A DNA stretch of 64,000 nt, taken from the NCBI GenBank assembly GCA_964016885.1, contig OZ024740.1, forward strand, positions 29,760,001-29,824,000. The letters are read 5' to 3'. This DNA is from Eledone cirrhosa (lineage: Eukaryota). The notes under the pieces are model-generated. The model saw nothing but the letters and a program-made list of their open reading frames with translations, was not told the origin of the DNA and did not search any database. Within the stretch, counting starts at the first letter, position 1. Every line of letters starts with the position of its first letter. A program made the translations under genes and the position numbers. This document shows, one piece after another, positions 41,101 to 59,100 of the stretch.

Positions 41101-44100
41101 ATACATTACCACATATAAGTCTCACCATACATTACCACATATAAGTGTCACCATACATCACCACAGTCTCAGCATACATTACCACATATAAGTCTCACCA
41201 TACATCACCACATAAGTCTCACCATACATTACCACACATAAGTCTCACCATATATCACCACAGTCTCACCATACATCACCACAGTCTCACCATACATTAC
41301 CACAAATAAGTCTCACCATACATCACCACATAAGTCTCACCATACATTACCACACATAAGTCTCACCATATATCACCACAGTCTCACCATACACACCACA
41401 GTCTCACCATACATTACCACATATAAGTCTCACCATACATCACCTCAGTCTCACTATACATTACCACATATAAGTCTCACCATACATCACCACAGTCTCA
41501 CCATACATTACCACATATAAGTCTCCACCATACATTACCACATATAAGTCTCACCATACATTACCACATATAAGTCTCACCATACATTACCACAGTCTCA
41601 CCATACATTACCACATATAAGTCTCAACATATATCAGCACAGTCTCACCATACATTACCATATATAAGTCTCCACCATACATTACCACATATAAGTCTCA
41701 CCATACATTACCACAGTCTCACCATACATTACCACATATAAGTCTCACCATACATCAGCACAGTCTCACCATACATTACCACATATAAGTCTCCACCATA
41801 CATTACCACATATAAGTCTCACCATACATTACCACATATAAGTCTCACCATACATCACCACAGTCTCACCATACATCACCACATATAAGTCTCACCATAC
41901 ATCACCACATATAAGTCTCACCATACATCACCACAGTCTCACCATACATTACCACATATAAGTCTCACCATACATGACCACAGTCTCACCATACATTACC
42001 ACATATAAGTCTCACCATACATCACCACATAAGTCTCAAAATACATTACCACTCATAAGTCTCACCATACATCATTACAGTTTCACCATACATTACCTCA
42101 TATAAGTCTCACCATACATCACCACAGTCTCACCATACATTACCACATATAAATCTCACCATACATTACCACATATAAGTCTCATCATACATTACCACAG
42201 TCTCACCATACATTACCACATATAAGTCTCACCATACATTACCACAGTCTCACCATACATTACCACTTATAAGTCTCACCATAAATTACCACATATAAGT
42301 CTCACCATACATTACCACAGTCTCACCATACATTACCTCATATAAGTCTCACCATACATCACCACAGTCTCACCATACATTACCACATATAAGTCTCACC
42401 ATACATTACCACATATAAGTCTCATCATACATTACCACAGTCTCACCATACATTACCACATATAAGTCTCACCATATATTACCACAGTCTCACCATACAT
42501 TACCACATATAAGTCTCACCATACATTACCACATATAAGTCTCACCATACATCACCACAGTCTCACCATACATTACCACATATAAGTCTCACCATACATT
42601 ACCACAGTCTCACCATACATTAACACATATAAGTCTCAACATACATCACCTCAGTCTCACCATACATTACCACATATAAGTCTCACCATACATCACCACA
42701 GTCTCACCATACATTACCACATATAAGTCTCACCATACATCACCACAGTCTCACCATACATTACCACATGTAGGTCTCCACTATACATCAGCACAGTCTC
42801 ACCATACATTACCACATATAAGTCTCACCATACATCACCACATATAAGTCTCACCATACATTACCACATATAAGTCTCACCATACATTACCACATATAAG
42901 TCTCACCATACATTACCACATATAAGTCTCACCATCCATCACCACAGTCTCACCATATATTACCACATATAAGTCTCACCATACATCACCACAGTCTCAC
43001 CATACATTACCACAGTCTCACCATACATTACCATATATAAGTCTCATCATACATTACCACAGTCTCACCATACATTACCACATATAAGACTCACCATACA
43101 TCACCACATATGAGTCTCACCATACATTAAAACATATAAGTCTCACCATACATCAACACAGTCTCACCATACATTACCACATATAAGTCTCACCATACAT
43201 CACTACAGTCTCACCATACATCACCACATATAAGTCTCACCATACATCACCACATAAGACTCACCATACATTACCACATATAAGTCTCACCATACATTAC
43301 CACATATAAGTCTCACCATACATCACCACAGTCTCACCATACATTACCACATATAAGTCTCACCATACATCACCACATAAGTCTCACCATACATTACCAC
43401 ACATAAGTCTCACCATACATCACGACAGTCTCACCATACATCACCACAGTCTCACCATACATTACCACATATAAGTCTCACCATACATCACCACAGTCTC
43501 ACCATACATTACCACATATAAGTCTCCACCATACATTACCACATATAAGTCTCACCATACATTACCACATATAAGTCTCACCATACATCACCACAGTCTC
43601 ACCATACATCTCCACATATAAGTCTCACCATACATCACCAAATATAAGTCTCACCATACATCACCACAGTCTCACCATACATTACCACATATAAGTCTCA
43701 CCATACATCACCACATATAAGTCTCACCATACATTACCACATATAAGTCTCACCATACATTACCACATAAGTCTCACCATACATTACCACATATAATTCT
43801 CACCATACATTACCACAGTCTCACCATACATTACCACATATAAGTCTCACCATACATTACCACATATAAGTCTCACCATGCATTACCACAGTCTCACCAT
43901 ACATTACCACATATAAGTCTCACCATACATCACCACAGTCTCACCATACATTACCACATATAAGTCTCACCATACATTACCACATATAAGTCTCCACCAT
44001 ACATAACCACAGTCTCACCATACATTACCACATATAAGTCTCCACTATACATCAGCAGAGTCTCACCATACATTACCACATATAATTCTCACCATACATC

Positions 44101-47100
44101 ACCACATAAGTCACACCATACATTACCACATATAAGTCTCACCATACATTACCACATATAAGTCTCACCATACATCACCACAGTCTCACCATACGTTACC
44201 ACATATAAGTCTCACCATACATCACCACAGTCTCACCATACATTACCACATATAAGTCTCATCATACATTACCACAGTCTCACCATACATTACCACATAT
44301 AAGTCTCACCATACATCACCACAGTCTCACCATACATTACCACATATAAGTCTCATCATACATTACCACAGTCTCACCATACATTACCACATATAAGTCT
44401 CATCATACATTACCACATTGTCACCATACATTACCACATATAAGTCTCACCATACATCACCACAGTTTCACCATACATTACCACATATAAGTCTCACCAT
44501 ACATTACCACATATAAGTCTCACCATACATCAACACAGTCTCACCATACATCACTACAGTCTAACCATACATCACCACATATAAGTCTCACCATACATCA
44601 CCACATAAGACTCACCATACATTACCACATATAAGTCTCACCATACATTACCACATATAAGTGTCACCATACATCACCAGTCTCACCATACATTACCACA
44701 TATAAGTCTCACCATACATCAGCACATAAGTCTCACCATACATTACCACACATAAGTCTCACCATACATCACCACAGTCTCATCATACATCACCACAGTC
44801 TCACCATATATTACCACATATAAGTCTCACCATACATTACCACAGTCTCACCATACATTACCACATATAAGGCTCACCATACATCACTACAGTCTAACCA
44901 TACATCACCACATATAAGTCTCACCATACATCACCACATAAGTCACACCATAGATTACCACATATAAGTCTCACCATACATTACCACATATAAGTCTCAC
45001 CATACATCACCACAGTCTCACCATACGTTACCACATATAAGTCTCACCATACATCACCACAGTCTCACCATACATTTCCACATATAAGTCTCATCATACA
45101 TTACCACAGTCTCACCATACATTACCACATATAAGTGTCACCATACATCACCACAGTCTCACCATACATTACCACATATAAGTCTCATCATACATTACCA
45201 CAGTCTCACCATACATTACCACATATAAGTCTCATCATACATTACCACAGTGTCACCATACATTACCACATATAAGTCTCACCATACATCACCACAGTTT
45301 CACCATACATTACTACATATAAGTCTCATCATACATCACCACAGTCTCACCATACATTACCACATATAAGTCTCACCATACATCAACACAGTCTCACCAT
45401 ACATCACTACATTCTAACCATACATCACCACATATAAGTCTCACCATACATCACCACATAAGACTCACCATACATTACCACATATAAGTCTCACCATACA
45501 TTACCACATATAAGTGTCACCATACATCACCACAGTCTCACCATACATTACCACATATAAGTCTCACCATACATCACCACATAAGTCTCACCATACATTA
45601 CCACACATAAGTCTCACCATATATCACCACAGTCTCACCATACATCACCACAGTCTCACCATACATTACCACATATAAGTCTCACCATACATCACCACAT
45701 AAGTCTCACCATACATTACCACACATAAGTCTCACCATATATCACCACAGTCTCACCATACACACCACAGTCTCACCATACATTACCACATATAAGTCTC
45801 ACCATACATCACCTCAGTCTCACTATACATTACCACATATAAGTCTCACCATACATCACCACAGTCTCACCATACATTACCACATATAAGTCTCCACCAT
45901 ACATTACCACATATAAGTCTCACCATACATTACCACATATAAGTCTCACCATACATTACCACAGTCTCACCATACATTACCACATATAAGTCTCAAAATA
46001 TATCAGCACAGTCTCACCATACATTACCACATATAAGTCTCCACCATACATTACCACATATAAGTCTCACCATACATTACCACAGTCTCACCATACATTA
46101 CCACATATAAGTCTCACCATACATCAGCACAGTCTCACCATACATTACCACATATAAGTCTCCACCATACATTACCACATATAAGTCTCACCATACATTA
46201 CCACATATAAGTCTCACCATACATCACCACAGTCTCACCATACATCACCACATATAAGTCTCACCATACATCACCACATATAAGTCTCACCATACATCAC
46301 CACAGTCTCACCATACATTACCACATATAGGTCTCACCATACATGACCACAGTCTCACCATACATTACCACATATAAGTCTCACCATACATCACCACATA
46401 AGTCTCAAAATACATTACCACTCATAAGTCTCACCATACATCATTACAGTTTCACCATACATTACCTCATATAAGTCTCACCATACATCACCACAGTCTC
46501 ACCATACATTACCACATATAAATCTCACCATACATTACCACATATAAGTCTCACCATACATCACCACATATAAGTCTCACCATACATCACCACAGTCTCA
46601 CCATACATTACCACATATAAGTCTCACCATACATGACCACAGTCTCACCATACATTACCACATATAAGTCTCACCATACATCACCACATAAGTCTCAAAA
46701 TACATTACCACTCATAAGTCTCACCATACATCATTACAGTTTCACCATACATTACCTCATATAAGTCTCACCATACATCACCACAGTCTCACCATACATT
46801 ACCACATATAAGTCTCACCATACATTACCACAGTCTCACCATACATTACCACTTATAAGTCTCACCATAAATTACCACATATAAGTCTCACCATACATTA
46901 CCACAGTCTCACCATACATTACTTCATATAAGTCTCACCATACATCACCACAGTCTCACCATACATTACCACATATAAGTCTCACCATACATTACTACAT
47001 ATAAGTCTCATCATACATTACCACAGTCTCACCATACATTACCACATATAAGTCTCACCATACATTACCACAGTCTCACCATACATTACCACATATAAGT

Positions 47101-50100
47101 CTCACCATACATTACCACAGTCTCACCATACATTAACACATATAAGTCTCAACATACATCACCTCAGTCTCACCATACATTACCACATATAAGTCTCACC
47201 ATACATCACCACAGTCTCACCATACATTACCACATATAAGTCTCACCATACATCACCACAGTCTCACCATACATTACCACATGTAGGTCTCCACTATACA
47301 TCAGCACAGTCTCACCATACATTACCACATATAAGTCTCACCATACATCACCACATATAAGTCTCACCATACATTACCACATATAAGTCTCACCATACAT
47401 TACCACATATAAGTCTCACCATACATTACCACATATAAGTCTCACCATCCATCACCACAGTCTCACCATATATTACCACATATAAGTCTCACCATACATC
47501 ACCACAGTCTCACCATACATTACCACAGTCTCACCATACATTACCATATATAAGTCTCATCATACATTACCACAGTCTCACCATACATTACCACATATAA
47601 GACTCACCATACATCACCACATATGAGTCTCACCATACATTAAAACATATAAGTCTCACCATACATCAACACAGTCTCACCATACATTACCACATATAAG
47701 TCTCACCATACATCACTACAGTCTCACCATACATCACCACATATAAGTCTCACCATACATCACCACATAAGACTCACCATACATTACCACATATAAGTCT
47801 CACCATACATTACCACATATAAGTCTCACCATACATCACCACAGTCTCACCATACATTACCACATATAAGTCTCACCATACATCACCACATAAGTCTCAC
47901 CATACATTACCACACATAAGTCTCACCATACATCACGACAGTCTCACCATACATCACCACAGTCTCACCATACATCACCACAGTCTCACCATACATCTCC
48001 ACATATAAGTCTCACCATACATCACCACATATAAGTCTCACCATACATCACCACAGTCTCACCATACATTACCACAGATAAGTCTCACCATACATCACCA
48101 CATATAAGTCTCACCATACATTACCACATATAAGTCTCACCATACATTACCACATAAGTCTCACCATACATTACCACATATAATTCTCACCATACATTAC
48201 CACAGTCTCACCATACATTACCACATATAAGTCTCACCATACATTACCACATATAAGTCTCACCATACATTACCACAGTCTCACCATACATTACCACATA
48301 TAAGTCTCACCATACATCACCACAGTCTCACCATACATTACCACATATAAGTCTCACCATACATTACCACATATAAGTCTCCACCATACATAACCACAGT
48401 CTCACCATACATTACCACATATAAGTCTCCACTATACATCAAGCAGAGTCTCACCATACATTACCACATATAATTCTCACCATACATCACCACATAAGTC
48501 ACACCATACATTACCACATATAAGTCTCACCATACATTACCACATATAAGTCTCACCATACATCACCACAGTCTCACCATACGTTACCACATATAAGTCT
48601 CACCATACATCACCACAGTCTCACCATACATTACCACATATAAGTCTCATCATACATTACCACAGTCTCACCATACATTACCACATATAAGTCTCACCAT
48701 ACATCACCACAGTCTCACCATACATTACCACATATAAGTCTCATCATACATTACCACAGTCTCACCATACATTACCACATATAAGTCTCATCATACAGTA
48801 CCACATTGTCACCATACATTACCACATATAAGTCTCACCATACATCACCACAGTTTCACCATACATTACCACATATAAGTCTCACCATACATTACCACAT
48901 ATAAGTCTCACCATACATCAACACAGTCTCACCATACATCACTACAGTCTAACCATACATCACCACATATAAGTCTCACCATACATCACCACATAAGACT
49001 CACCATACATTACCACATATAAGTCTCACCATACATTACCACATATAAGTGTCACCATACATCACCAGTCTCACCATACATTACCACATATAAGTCTCAC
49101 CATACATCAGCACATAAGTCTCACCATACATTACCACACATAAGTCTCACCATACATCACCACAGTCTCACCATACATCACCACAGTCTCACCATATATT
49201 ACCACATATAAGTCTCACCATACATTACCACAGTCTCACCATACATTACCACATATAAGGCTCACCATACATCACTACAGTCTAACCATACATCACCACA
49301 TATAAGTCTCACCATACATCACCACATAAGTCACACCATAGATTACCACATATAAGTCTCACCATACATTACCACATATAAGTCTCACCATACATCACTA
49401 CAGTCTCACCATACGTTACCACATATAAGTCTCATCATACATTACCACAGTCTCACCATACATTACCACATATAAGTCTCACCATACATTACCACATATA
49501 CGTCTCACCATACATCACCACAGTCACACCATACATTACCACATATAAGTCTCATCATACATTACCACAGTCTCACCATACATTACCACATATAAGTCTC
49601 ATCATACATCACCACAGTCTCACCATACATTACCACATATAAGTCTCACCATACATTACCACATATAAGAATCACCATACATCAACACAGTCTCACCATA
49701 CATTACCACATATAAGTCTCACCATACATCACTACAGTCTAACCATACATCACCACATATAAGTCTCACCATACATCACCACATAAGACTCACCATACAT
49801 TACCACATATAAGTCTCACCATACATTACCACATATAAGTCTCACCATACATTACCACATATAAGTCTCACCATCCATCACCACAGTCTCACCATATATT
49901 ACCACATATAAGTCTCACCATACATTAACACAGTCTCACCATACATTACCACATATAAGTCTCACCATACATTACCACATATAAGTCTCACCATACATCA
50001 CCACAGTCTCACCATACATTACCACAGTCTCACCATACATTACCATATATAAGTCTGATCATACATTACCACAGTCTCACCATACATTACCACATATAAG

Positions 50101-53100
50101 TCTCACCATACATCACCACAGTCTCACCATACATTACCATATATAAATCTCATCATACATTACCACAGTCTCACCATACATTACCACATATAAGACTCAC
50201 CATACATCACCACATATAAGTCTCACCATACATTAAAACATATAAGTCTCACCATACATCAACACAGTCTCACCATACATTACCACATATAAGTCTCACC
50301 ATACATCACTACAGTCTCACCATACATCACCACATATAAGTCTCACCATACATCACCACATAAGAATCACCATACATTACCACATATAAGTCTCACCATA
50401 CATTACCACATATAAGTCTCACCATACATCACCACAGTCTCACCATACATTACCACATATAAGTCTCACCATACATCACCACAGTCTCACCATACATTAC
50501 CACATATAATTCTCCACCATACATTACCACATATAAGTCTCACCATACATTGCCACATATAAGTCTCACCATACATCACCACAGTCTCACCATACATCTC
50601 CACATATAAGTCTCACCATACATCACCACATATAAGTCTCACCATACATCACCACAGTCTCACCATACATTACCACATATAAGTCTCACCATACATCACC
50701 ACATATAAGTCTCACCATACATTACCACATATAAGTCTCACCATACATCACCACAGTCTCACCATACATCACCACATAAGACTCACCATACATCACCACA
50801 TATAAGTCTCACCATACATTACCACATATAAGTCTCACCATACATCACCACAGTCTCACCATACATTACCACATATAAGTCTCACCATACATCACCACAT
50901 AAGTCTCACCATACATTACCACACATAAGTCTCACCATACATCACGACAGTCTCACCATACATCACCACAGTCTCACCATACATTACCACATATAAGTCT
51001 CACCATACATCACCACAGTCTCACCATACATTACCACATATAAGTCTCCACCATACATTACCACATATAAGTCTCACCATACATTACCACATATAAGTCT
51101 CACCATACATTACCACATATAAGTCTCACCATACATCACCACAGTCTCACCATACATTACCACATATAAGTCTCACCATACATTACCACAGTCTCACCAT
51201 ACATTAACACATATAAGTCTCAACATACATCACCTCAGTCTCACCATACATTACCACATATAAGTCTCACCATACATCACCACAGTCTCACCATACATTA
51301 CCACATATAAGTCTCACCATACATCACCACAGTCTCACCATACATTACCACATGTAGGTCTCCACTATACATCAGCACAGTCTCACCATACATTACCACA
51401 TATAAGTCTCACCATACATCACCACATATAAGTCTCACCATACATTACCACATATAAGTCTCACCATACATTACCGCATATAAGTCTCACCATACATTAC
51501 CACATATAAGTCTCACCATCCATCACCACAGTCTCACCATATATTACCACATATAAGTCTCACCATACATCACCACAGTCTCACCATACATTACCACAGT
51601 CTCACCATACATTACCATATATAAGTCTCATCATACATTACCACAGTCTCACCATACATTACCACATATAAGACTCACCATACATCACCACATATGAGTT
51701 TCACCATACATTAAAACATATAAGTCTCACCATACATCAACACAGTCTCACCATACATTACCACATATAAGTCTCACCATACATTACCACATATAAGTCT
51801 CACCATACATCACCACAGTCTCACCATACATTACCACATATAAGTCTCACCATACATCACCACATAAGTCTCACCATACATTACCACACATAAGTCTCAC
51901 CATACATCACGACAGTCTCACCATACATCACCACAGTCTCACCATACATTACCACATATAAGTCTCACCATACATCACCACAGTCTCACCATACATTACC
52001 ACATATAAGTCTCCACCATACATTACCACATATAAGTCTCACCATACATTACCACATATAAGTCTCACCATACATCACCACAGTCTCACCATACATCTCC
52101 ACATATAAGTCTCACCATACATCACCACATATAAGTCTCACCATACATCACCACAGTCTCACCATACATTACCACATATAAGTCTCACCATACATCACCA
52201 CATATAAGTCTCACCATACATTACCACATATAAGTCTCACCATACATTACCACATAAGTCTCACCATACATTACCACATATAATTCTCACCATACATTAC
52301 CACAGTCTCACCATACATTACCACATATAAGTCTCACCATACATTACCACATATAAGTCTCACCATACATTACCACAGTCTCACCATACATTACCACATA
52401 TAAGTCTCACCATACATCACCACAGTCTCACCATACATTACCACATATAAGTCCCACCATACATTACCACATATAAGTCTCCACCATACATAACCACAGT
52501 CTCACCATACATTACCACATATAAGTCTCCACTATACATCAGCAGAGTCTCACCATACATTACCACATATAATTCTCACCATACATCACCACATAAGTCA
52601 CACCATACATTACCACATATAAGTCTCACCATACATTACCACATATAAGTCTCACCATACATCACCACAGTCTCACCATACGTTACCACATATAAGTCTC
52701 ACCATACATCACCACAGTCTCACCATACATTACCACATATAAGTCTCATCATACATTACCACAGTCTCACCATACATTACCACATATAAGTCTCACCATA
52801 CATCACCACAGTCTCACCATACATTACCACATATAAGTCTCATCATACATTACCACAGTCTCACCATACATTACCACATATAAGTCTCATCATACATTAC
52901 CACATTGTCACCATACATTACCACATATAAGTCTCACCATACATCACCACAGTTTCACCATACATTACCACATATAAGTCTCATCATACATCACCACAGT
53001 CTCACCATACATTACCACATATAAGTCTCACCATACATTACCACATATAAGTCTCACCATACATCAACACAGTCTCACCATACATCACTACAGTCTAACC

Positions 53101-56100
53101 ATACATCACCACATATAAGTCTCACCATACATCACCACATAAGACTCACCATACATTACCACATATAAGTCTCACCATACATTACCACATATAAGTGTCA
53201 CCATACATCACCAGTCTCACCATACATTACCACATATAAGTCTCACCATACATCAGCACATAAGTCTCACCATACATTACCACACATAAGTCTCACCATA
53301 CATCACCACAGTCTCACCATACATCACCACAGTCTCACCATATATTACCACATATAAGTCTCACCATACATTACCACAGTCTCACCATACATTACAACAT
53401 ATAAGGCTCACCATACATCACTACAGTCTAACCATACATCACCACATATAAGTCTCACCATACATCACCACATAAGTCACACCATAGATTACCACATATA
53501 AGTCTCACCATACATTACCACATATAAGTCTCACCATACATCACTACAGTCTCACCATACGTTACCACATATAAGTCTCATCATACATTACCACAGTCTC
53601 ACCATACATTACCACATATAAGTCTCACCATACATTACCACATATACATCTCACCATACATCACCACAGTCACACCATACATTACCACATATAAGTCTCA
53701 TCATACATTACCACAGTCTCACCATACATTACCACATATAAGTCTCATCATACATCACCACAGTCTCACCATACATTACCACATATAAGTCTCACCATAC
53801 ATTACCACATATAAGAATCACCATACATCAACACAGTCTCACCATACATTACCACATATAAGTCTCACCATACATCACTACAGTCTAACCATACATCACC
53901 ACATATAAGTCTCACCATACATCACCACATAAGACTCACCATACATTACCACATATAAGTCTCACCATACATTACCACATATAAGTCTCACCATACATTA
54001 CCACATATAAGTCTCACCATCCATCACCACAGTCTCACCATATATTACCACATATAAGTCTCACCATACATTAACACAGTCTCACCATACATTACCACAT
54101 ATAAGTCTCACCATACATTACCACATATAAGTCTCACCATACATCACCACAGTCTCACCATACATTACCACAGTCTCACCATACATTACCATATATAAGT
54201 CTGATCATACATTACCACAGTCTCACCATACATTACCACATATAAGTCTCACCATACATCACCACAGTCTCACCATACATTACCATATATAAATCTCATC
54301 ATACATTACCACAGTCTCACCATACATTACCACATATAAGACTCACCATACATCACCACATATAAGTCTCACCATACATTAAAACATATAAGTCTCACCA
54401 TACATCAACACAGTCTCACCATACATTACCACATATAAGTCTCACCATACATCACTACAGTCTCACCATACATCACCACATATAAGTCTCACCATACATC
54501 ACCACATAAGAATCACCATACATTACCACATATAAGTCTCACCATACATTACCACATATAAGTCTCACCATACATCACCACAGTCTCACCATACATTACC
54601 ACATATAAGTCTCACCATACATCACCACATAAGTCTCACCATACATTACCACACATAAGTCTCACCATATATCACGACAGTCTCACCATGCATCACCACA
54701 GTCTCACCATACATTACCACATATAAGTCTCACCATACATCACCACAGTCTCACCATACATTACCACATATAATTCTCCACCATACATTACCACATATAA
54801 GTCTCACCATACATTGCCACATATAAGTCTCACCATACATCACCACAGTCTCAACATACATCTCCACATATAAGTCTCACCATACATCACCACATATAAG
54901 TCTCACCATACATCACCACAGTCTCACCATACATTACCACATATAAGTCTCACCATACATCACCACATATAAGTCTCACCATACATTACCACATATAAGT
55001 CTCACCATACATCACCACAGTCTCACCATACATCACCACATAAGACTCACCATACATCACCACATATAAGTCTCACCATACATTACCACATATAAGTCTC
55101 ACCATACATCACCACAGTCTCACCATACATTACCACATATAAGTCTCACCATACATCACCACATAAGTCTCACCATACATTACCACACATAAGTCTCACC
55201 ATACATCACGACAGTCTCACCATACATCACCACAGTCTCACCATACATTACCACATATAAGTCTCACCATACATCACCACAGTCTCACCATACATTACCA
55301 CATATAAGTCTCCACCATACATTACCACATATAAGTTTCACCATACATTACCACATATAAGTCTCACCATACATCACCACAGTCTCACCATACATCTCCA
55401 CATATAAGTCTCACCATACATCACCACATATAAGTCTCACCATACATCACCACAGTCTCACCATACATTACCACATATAAGTCTCACCATACATCACCAC
55501 ATATAAGTCTCACCATACATTACCACATATAATTCTCATCATACATTACCACAGTCTCACCATACATTACCACATATAAGTCTCACCATACATTACCACA
55601 GTCTCACCATACATTACCACATATAAGTCTCACCATACATCACCACAGTCTCACCATACATTACCACATATAAGTCTCACCATACATTACCACATATAAG
55701 TCTCCACCATACATAACCACAGTCTCACCTTACATTACCACATATGAGTCTCCACTATACATCAGCACAGTCTCACCATACATTACCACATATAAGTCTC
55801 ACCATACATCACCACATAAGTCACACCATACATTACCACATATAATTCTCACCTTACATTACCACATATAAGTCTCACCATACATCACCACAGTCTCACC
55901 ATACGTTACCACATATAAGTCTCACCATACATCACCACAGTCTCACCATACATTACCACATATAAGTCTCATCATACATTACCACAGTCTCACCATACAT
56001 TACCACATATAAGTCTCACCATACATCACCACAGTCTCACCATACATTACCACATATAAGTCTCATCATACATTACCACAGTCTCACCATACATTACCAC

Positions 56101-59100
56101 ATATAAGTCTCATCATACATTACCACAGTGTCACCATACATTACCACATATAAGTCTCACCATACATCACCACAGTTTCACCATACATTACCACATATAA
56201 GTCTCATCATACATCACCACAGTCTCACCATACATTACCACATATAAGTCTCACCATACATTACCACATATAAGTCTCACCATACATCAACACAGTCTCA
56301 CCATACATCACTACAGTCTAACCATACATCACCACATATAAGTCTCACCATGCATCACCACATAAGACTCACCATACATTACCGCATATCAGTCTCACCA
56401 TACATTACCACATATAAGTGTCACCATACATCACCACAGTCTCACCATACATTACCACATATAAGTCTCACCATACATCACCACATAAGTCTCACCATAC
56501 ATTACCAGACATAAGTCTCACCATACATCACCACAGTCTCACCATACATCACCACAGTCTCACCATACATTACCACATATAAGTCTCACCATACATCACC
56601 TCAGTCTCACCATACATCACCTCAGTCTCACCATACATTACCACATATAAGTCTCACCATACATTACCTCAGTCTCACCATACATTACCACATATAAGTC
56701 TCACGATACATCAGCACAGTCTCACCATACAATACCACATATAAGTCTCCACCATACATTACCACATATAAGTCTCACCATACATTACCACATATAAGTC
56801 TCACCATACATTACCACAGTCTCACCATACATTACCACATATAAGTCTCACCATACATCAGCACAGTCTCACCATACATTACCACATATAAGTCTCCACC
56901 ATACATTACCACATATAAGTCTCACCATACATTACCACATATAAGTCTCACCATACATTACCACAGTCTCACCATACATTACCACATATAAGTCTCACCA
57001 TACATCACCACAGTCTCACCATACATCACCACATATAAGTCTCACCATACATCACCACATATAATTCTCACCATACATCACCACAGTCTCACCATACATT
57101 ACCACATATAAGTCTCACTATACATTACCACATATAAGTCTCACCATACATTACCACATATAAGTCTCAACATACATCCCACAGTCTCATCATACATTAC
57201 CACATATAAGTCTCACCATACATCACCAATTAAGTCTCACCATACATTACCACACATAAGTCTCACCATACATCACCGCATATAAGTCTCACCATACATC
57301 ACCAGAGTCTCACCATACATCACCACATATAAGTCTCACCATACATCACCACATAAGTCTCACCATACATTACCACATATAAGTCTCACCATACATTACC
57401 ACATATAAGTCTCACCATACATCACCACAGTCTCACCATATATTACCACATATAAGTCTCACCATACATCACCACAGTCTCACCATACATTACCACATAT
57501 AAGTCTCACCATACATCACCACAGTCTCACCATACATTACCACATATAAGTCTCATCATACATTACCACAGTCTCACCATACATTACCACATATAAGTCT
57601 CACCATACTTTACCACAGTCTCACCATACATTACCACATATAAGTCTCACCATACATCACCACATAAGTCTCAAAATACATTACCACTCATAAGTCTCAC
57701 CATACATCATTACAGTCTCACCATACATTACCTCATATAAGTCTCACCATACATCTCCACAGTCTCACCATACATTACCACATATAAGTCTCACCATACA
57801 TTACCACATATAAGTCTCATCATACATTACCACAGTCTCACCATACATTACCACATATAAGTCTCACCATACATTACCACAGTCTCACCATACATTACCA
57901 CTTATAAGTCTCACCATAAATTACCACATATAAGTCTCACCATACATTACCACAGTCTCACCATACATTACCTCATATAAGTCTCACCATACATCACCAC
58001 AGTCTCACCATACATTACCACATATAAGTCTCACCATACATTACCACATATAAGTCTCATCATACATTACCACAGTCTCACCATTCATTACCACATATAA
58101 GTCTCACCATACATTACCACAGTCTCACCATACATTACCACATATAAGACTCACCATACATTAACACATATAAGTCTCACCATACATCACCACAGTCTCA
58201 CCATACATTACCACATATAAGTCTCATCATACATTACCACAGTCTCACCATACATTACCACATATAAGTCTCACCATACATTACCACATATAAGTCTCAC
58301 CATACATCACCACAGTCTCACCATACATTACCACACATAAGTCTCACCATACATCACCACAGTCTCACCATACATCACCAGTCTCACCATACATCACCAC
58401 AATCTCACCATACATTACCACATATAAGTCTCACCATACATCACCACAGTCTCACCATATATCACCACATATAAGTCTCACCATACATCACCACATTATC
58501 ACCATACATTACCACATATAATTCTCACCATACATTACCACAGTCTCACCATACATTACCACATATAAGTCTCACCATAACATCACCTCAGTCTCACCAT
58601 ACATTACCACATATAAGTCTCACCATACATTACCACAGTCTCACCATACATTACCACATATAAGTCTCACCATACATCACCACAGTCTCACCATACATTA
58701 CCACATATAAGTCTCCACCATACATTACCACATATAAGTCTCACCATACATTACCACATATAAGTCTCACCATACATCTCCACATATAAGTCTCACCATA
58801 CATCACCACATATAAGTCTCACCATACATCACCACAGTCTCACAATACATTACCACATATAAGTCTCACCATACATTACCACATAAGTCTCACCATACAT
58901 TACCACAGTCTCACCATACCTCACCACAGTCTCACCATACATCACCACAGTCTCACTATACATTACCACATATAAGTCTCACCATACATTACTACATATA
59001 AGTCTCACCATACATTACCACAGTCTCACCATACATTACCACATATAAGTCTCACCATACATCACCACAGTCTCACCATACATTACCACATATAAGTCGC

